This document shows positions 58,894 to 64,000 of a stretch of DNA of 64,000 bases, piece after piece. The stretch spans positions 1 to 64,000 of the forward strand of contig JAAPAO010000094.1 in NCBI GenBank assembly GCA_013115145.1. The letters run 5' to 3'. Positions within the stretch are counted from its first letter, which is position 1. The number at the start of each line of letters is the position of its first letter. This DNA comes from Perkinsus chesapeaki ATCC PRA-425 (lineage: Eukaryota; Protista; Perkinsozoa). Position numbers and translations under genes: made by a program. The notes beneath the pieces were generated by a model. It was not told where the DNA came from, made no database searches, and worked only from the letters and a program-made list of their open reading frames with translations.

Positions 58894-61669
58894 TTAAAAT
58901 AAACCTTCGACCTTGCCAGTTGCTGGGTCAATATCCACCTAAAGGAGCGATTCGCAACCCTCGCAGAGCGTCAAAAATTTACATCATAGAAGCACGGGCG
59001 AGTAGGGAGACCTGGCATGGTCATAATTGGACCCAAGAGGGGATAGATGAAACCAGCACCTTGAAGCAAACTGATATACTGAGACAGCACTGTGAACTCA
59101 CCGGCGGCCGCACGACAGTTCTTCACTTTAATCGTGAATCCAGTAGGCCTACCACGCAGGCTCGGATCAGCCGAGAGAGAGTATCTGAAGTCCCGTCTTG
59201 AGTCAGGGAGTGAATGACTTGATCCACTCACTGCGTCTTAGCCATACAGATCGGGAGCCCTCCAAGACCAGCTTCTTCGAATCGCTTAATAGCAGTTTCG
59301 GCCGCCTGGGCAAAATGCCGTATTGGACTATTGTGTGTTATCCCTCACCTCTTCGTATTCCACATTGGCAGCTCCGTAGATCTTCGTGCAAATTGCGGCG
59401 ATCTTGTCCTTAATCGGGAGCTCCAGCGGGTACCTGTACCGCACCTTAACCAACTCCGTACGTCGAAGCCTCCTCCGTACGTAAACTTGAAATTGGGCTT
59501 TTTAGTGTCACAGACTTCGATCAGCTTCTTCGCGATATCAACCGCACCTTCGCCACCGCGAGCCCAGTGATCCGATACCACCGCCGCAGCAGCTCCGCTC
59601 TTCAAGGCATCGTCAACTAAATTACACACATTCGGTTACCGAATTTCGGTGAACTCTATATACGTATCTACCAATTAATTTCAACTCGGCATCCGAGTCT
59701 GTATTGACCTTATTGACGCAGACTATAACTGGCACCTAACGAGCCAAGCTACTCCACCGGCGACAGAGGTGAGATCAGTCTCACTCCGAACTGGTTGCCG
59801 ATATCTATGTGAGCCTGAAGATTGCTGAGCCCATTCTGAATAAGATCCAGTCTTTCACTGGTATATCTGAGGGGCAAGCGTCATGCTGTAGATCGATCCG
59901 CCGCGATAGCCCACGCCTCGTTCATCTTCTTTCCAGCCTCCACAGGGGGACCACCGCCGTGGCTCTTCAGTGCGCGCGCGGTTGTAACAAGGACCTGCTC
60001 AAGTAGCCTCTTCCTCACCGCCAAAACGTTCAAGATTTACAATAGCATCTGGGCGCAAACCGCTGTAGCGACATTTGATGTCCATGAACTTCTCCATTCC
60101 GATGTCGGACCCGAAGCCAGCCTCGGTGAGGACCTGATCGAGTTCTAGGGTCGAAAGGAAAGGGAGGTTGGAGCTCACGTAACCGTCCTCTCCAACGAGT
60201 TTGAGGGCAACTTGGTCAGCTACTATAGAGGAGTTACCATGAGCTATGTTGGCGAAGGGACCAGCGTGCACCTAGTCCTCCAGTGGGAGTGGGTGAAAGG
60301 ATATGACATACAAAAACGGGTGTTCCCTCCAGAGTCTGCATGAGTGTAGGGTTAATGGTGTCCTTCAATAGGACCGTCATAGCTCCAGCGACACCGAGAT
60401 CGTCGGCCGTCACAGGCTCACCGGACTTGCTATACGCCACCACCTTGAATGTTCACATAACATCGAACAGCAATAAAAAATACCTACCATCTTTCGTAGC
60501 CTCTCACGCATGTCCTCCAGGCTGGTAGCAAGGGCGAGGATGGCCATGCACTCGCTGCCTGATAAACCATCTTGAATGATTGCGACGCAACAATTGTCCT
60601 ACTGACGGCGATGTCCACCTGAGTCTCTCTTGTCATTCCCTTCTCGTTCGGGCCCTGTCCAATCGTAATCTTGCGGAGCATACGGTCATTCACATCAACC
60701 ACGCGGTTCACCTGAAATGGCATGCTGGAAGCAAAGTTCGATAGCGGCTCACCATGATAGTAGATGGATCGATGTCGAGGCGGACCAATCGAGCAATGCC
60801 TTCGTCATCGAGCTTGCTCACGTCAGCTGGCAGACCCAGGCGCTCCAAGCGACGGAGAATAGAAGCGGATACTTTGCGATGGCCGTCCTTCATTATTGGA
60901 CAAATACCTGTCAAGGTGAACTATAGAAATGGAGATCAGGTGGGCTTACGGTCAAAGAGAGCCTTGTTAGACTGCGTGTTCTCGTGAAAAATTCTTGTGT
61001 CGAGCTGAGCCACGAGGAGATTATTGGCGATAGAGATGGCATGGATGTCACCTACAAACGACATCTGCGTGCACATGTGTAATGAACTCACCGGTGAGAT
61101 GAAGATTAAAGTCTTCCATAGGAATGACCTGAGAATAGCCACCACCAGCAGCACCACCCTTTATGCCGAATGTGGGGCCCATCGATGGCTGTCTGATGCA
61201 GGTGAATACCTAACGTTCAATGCGCATGCTGCAGAGCCTTCGAGAAAGCCTTACTTTCTTGCCTAAGTGTGCCCCTAGGCTCTGGCTGAGTCCAACGGTG
61301 CAAGTGCTCTTACCCTCACCAAGAGGAGTTGGAGTGACTCCGGTGACAACCACATACCTGCAAAGATGCGATGCGAAACAACGGAGCAAAGCGGCTTACT
61401 TCCCATTGGGCTTATCTGAGAGCTTCCCACGGACCGAAAGATTGACCTTAGCGTTGTATTTCCCGTAACAGTCGTAGTCCTCCTCCTCGAGGCCGAGAGA
61501 CTGGCAAACGGCACGGATGTGGACGGGGGCGACCTGAAGATGTCACACAGCGTTGAGGATTAGGGTCCTCGCGGCGCCCTACGCTTTGGGCAATCTCGAT
61601 ATCTGACGGTACAGGGGTACGAAGAGCTTCGTTGGTTAGAGGCCTAGGAAGAACAGTGGAGGGAGCCAT
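58894..61669 (-). CDS. FTHFS: Formate--tetrahydrofolate ligase (monofunctional FTHFS)
   Basis: [101 protein letters not shown]. Confidence 0.95.
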
Positions 61670-61739
61670 TAACCGACAAGCACGTATAGTGAAATAAAAA
61701 CTGACAAGTAACACCATGAGCCCCTCGGGGACCATCAAC

Positions 61740-63987
61740 GAATACGAAGCAGTCGAACTGGTCGAGTCAGCGGGTGAGGAGGAACGGTGTTAATGCATAA
61801 TAGAATGGTAACAGCACCCGTTGTTGCAACAGAGGAGCCGAGAGGGAGGTAGAGAGCTCCGATCAAACCGGAGCTCAGATTTGCTTCCAGTACAGTTTCT
61901 AGCTCAGAGTTACTGTTGTAATGACTGGTAAGCCGAAACCCTGCTTGCTTGCCTTACAAGCCCATTGAAAAACATTAATTTGATATTCGCAAAGAAACAC
62001 TCAATAATTGTACAGTCAGTTCGAGCTGGAGCTCCGTTCATTGACATTGGACAGTTGGGTCTTGAGCTTCTGATTTTCTCGGGCCAAGATGGACATCTGT
62101 TCTCGGAAGAAGTCAATACGGCCATCCTCAGAATCCGTCGTTCGTGTCACAGCCCGGGCCAACACGGACTCGTGACTATTAGCCTCGCGCCGCCGTTCCT
62201 TCATAGCCTAAAAGTGACGCCAAATGCAACTTTTGCACGCGTGCGCACCGACAGCGCCAGGCATGAAACAGTACTTCAATCTGCGCCCGTAGCTGTGCGT
62301 TTTCGGCTTTGTACTGCTCCGCTTGAGCGCGCGCTGTTTCTAATTGATCGGAAAGAAGTCGCCGTTGGTTCTTCAGTACCATTTGGCTCTCCGTCAGAGA
62401 ACTTACCTGCCATGAACAACAACCTATGCGAAATACCGATTTCAACAAACGCGGTACTTTCTGTTCTAGTGAAGCCTTCTCCCGTCGAACAGTGTTGAGC
62501 TCGGAATAGAGGCCTGGCAGCTCGCCATCGGCAGAGGCACGCCGTTGCTTAGCCGGGCCCGCAGCATCGCTCGAGGGCGATGATGGAGTGAGGTTGACAG
62601 CCGCGTTGGTTTGGGGGCTCTTCATTGTCCCACTGGTCCGTTGCTCACTCTGGCCACCTGAAGCAGTAAGACGCTCGAACCTGAAATCAGATTTTTCCGT
62701 ACTCTTATTGCCGGCGCTATACAGTTGCTCGTAGGTCTTCACTGACTCCCTGTAAAAATGGAGTACGTCATCCTGACTCGGCTCCAATTGCACCACTCGG
62801 TCAGGTGTTAACCCCAATTTCTGACGCAGGCGAAAGTTTTCTAGAATCTCCTCCACGGACAAGTCGGCTGTCGCGGAGCTCCTGCCGTTGGGCAGACTGT
62901 CCGTGTTTGCCATCAAGGGTGTTTATAAAAAAACAAGCGGAGCGATGCACCGAGATTCAAGACCACTGAATACGCCTCAGGCGAAACTCAACTCGACAAT
63001 GTATAAATCAAACTGACAGCACGTTCCTTGTCCTAGACAAGACGAGGAGTTTAGCTACTGGCATTAAAACAGTAGGCAGACCTCATGGAGTACCTGATTC
63101 ACCATCACTGGAAACCAAAGAGGCGAACTGACTTACGTTATTTCATAAGCGCAATGATATAGTCGAACGACGCTTCTGGGAACAGCGAAGTTGAAGTGTT
63201 GATGAGCCTCGAGCTATCTTCTATCCTTTTTCCTCCTCCGCCGACTCCTCCCTCCCTTCCCAGTGTTTCTATCGTGATTGTGCATTGGCGCTCCGAGCCG
63301 AGCAGTGGGATCGTTCAGAACCAACAGCCTGTTCAATCTCTCATCAACACTCTCCTTGGACGCCACAAGGTCATCGCTGTCTGCCAGGCTAGGGGCGGTG
63401 AAGTAATCTTCACTCACCGTGCAGGAGGCTGCTCTGTCCCTGCGATCTCTGTCAGAGACATCGTCGGGGGCCCCTCTAGGCGAATTGAAAACCGCCGAGT
63501 CGCTTCCGGTCCCATCGTCATTCGGAAGCAGTTCTTTAGTAATAGCTTCTTTTGTTAACCGCAAGTCAACAGTCTCAGCTGCACTTGAACCATGCAGTGC
63601 GGCCGGTGCGAGAACCGCCTCCTTGTCGAAGGTGGCGGAATTTCCTCGCTCAGAAGTAGCCTGAGTCCTCGGCGATGACATTGTCTCAACTACAGTGGAG
63701 CGACTTTGTTGCTCCATAACAGCCTCAGTGCCAAGCGTTGCCATCTCCTCAACAACGGAATGAAGACCATCGATTGAGCAACGAGGCTCGACCACCTCTG
63801 TCGATGCACCATACTGCTTTGCATCATACTCAGTGTTCGGTGATGCCGAATCCTCAACTATTAAAGAGCCTTTTTCACCCGAGCAGTTCTCATTGACCGG
63901 TTCCGCACTGTTTTCGGCCTCATCTGAACGGGGCTTCGAGTCCACAGCGGAGGCATCTCCAACGTCAATAGCCGATGTGAAGTTCAT
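61740..63987 (-). CDS. Large hypothetical protein with an acidic low-complexity N-terminal part and coiled coil; may extend past the window end
   Basis: ORFs 63214-63987, 62179-62916 and 62016-62204 with heptad-rich segments (LSDQLETARAQAEQYKAENAQLRAQIE; LARENQKLKTQL). 3' end approximate. Confidence 0.6.
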
Positions 63988-64000
63988 AACGGTGGCCTCG

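Noticed and set aside
7525-61669. Functional cluster linking DUF1015 (serine-associated) and FTHFS (one-carbon)
   Set aside because: They are about 50 kb apart with many unrelated genes between them, and there is no evidence of co-regulation.
1-64000. Spliced-leader relics (CCGTAGCCATYTTGGCTCAAG-like), tRNA, rRNA or snRNA genes
   Set aside because: I found no convincing match by eye, including upstream of the intronless transporters. A covariance-model scan would be needed to exclude them.

Overview
Eukaryotic, intron-dense genomic DNA with many 40-60 nt GT-AG introns, two ~100-N scaffold gaps and closely packed genes. The gene set and style suggest an alveolate, most likely Perkinsus (inference). 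Genes reconstructed by splicing exons by eye: an MLO-family membrane protein fused to C-terminal EF-hands; a bacterial-type DUF1015 gene carrying introns; a two-RRM RNA-binding protein; a SYP7-like Qc-SNARE; four tandem M1 (puromycin-sensitive-type) aminopeptidases; a helical-repeat (HPR/OPR-like) protein; a KCTD-type BTB protein; a CWF19L1/Drn1 homologue with an extra RRM; a NudC-type CS protein; two tandem intronless SLC37/GlpT-type MFS transporters; a RING-H2 plus EF-hand protein; RNA polymerase I/III subunit RPAC1 with a Tc1/mariner-type MITE in an intron; an ankyrin protein; a degenerate hAT transposase; formate-tetrahydrofolate ligase; and several hypothetical genes. The most striking unexplained pattern occurs in both tandem families independently: sharply bounded tracts that are near-identical between paralogs are strongly AT-shifted (about 28-47% GC in hand-counted 60-mers), while adjacent diverged parts of the same genes are about 47-62% GC. 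This points to a homology-linked AT-biasing process (AT-biased conversion or RIP-like mutagenesis). All exon boundaries and GC counts were done by hand and are approximate.
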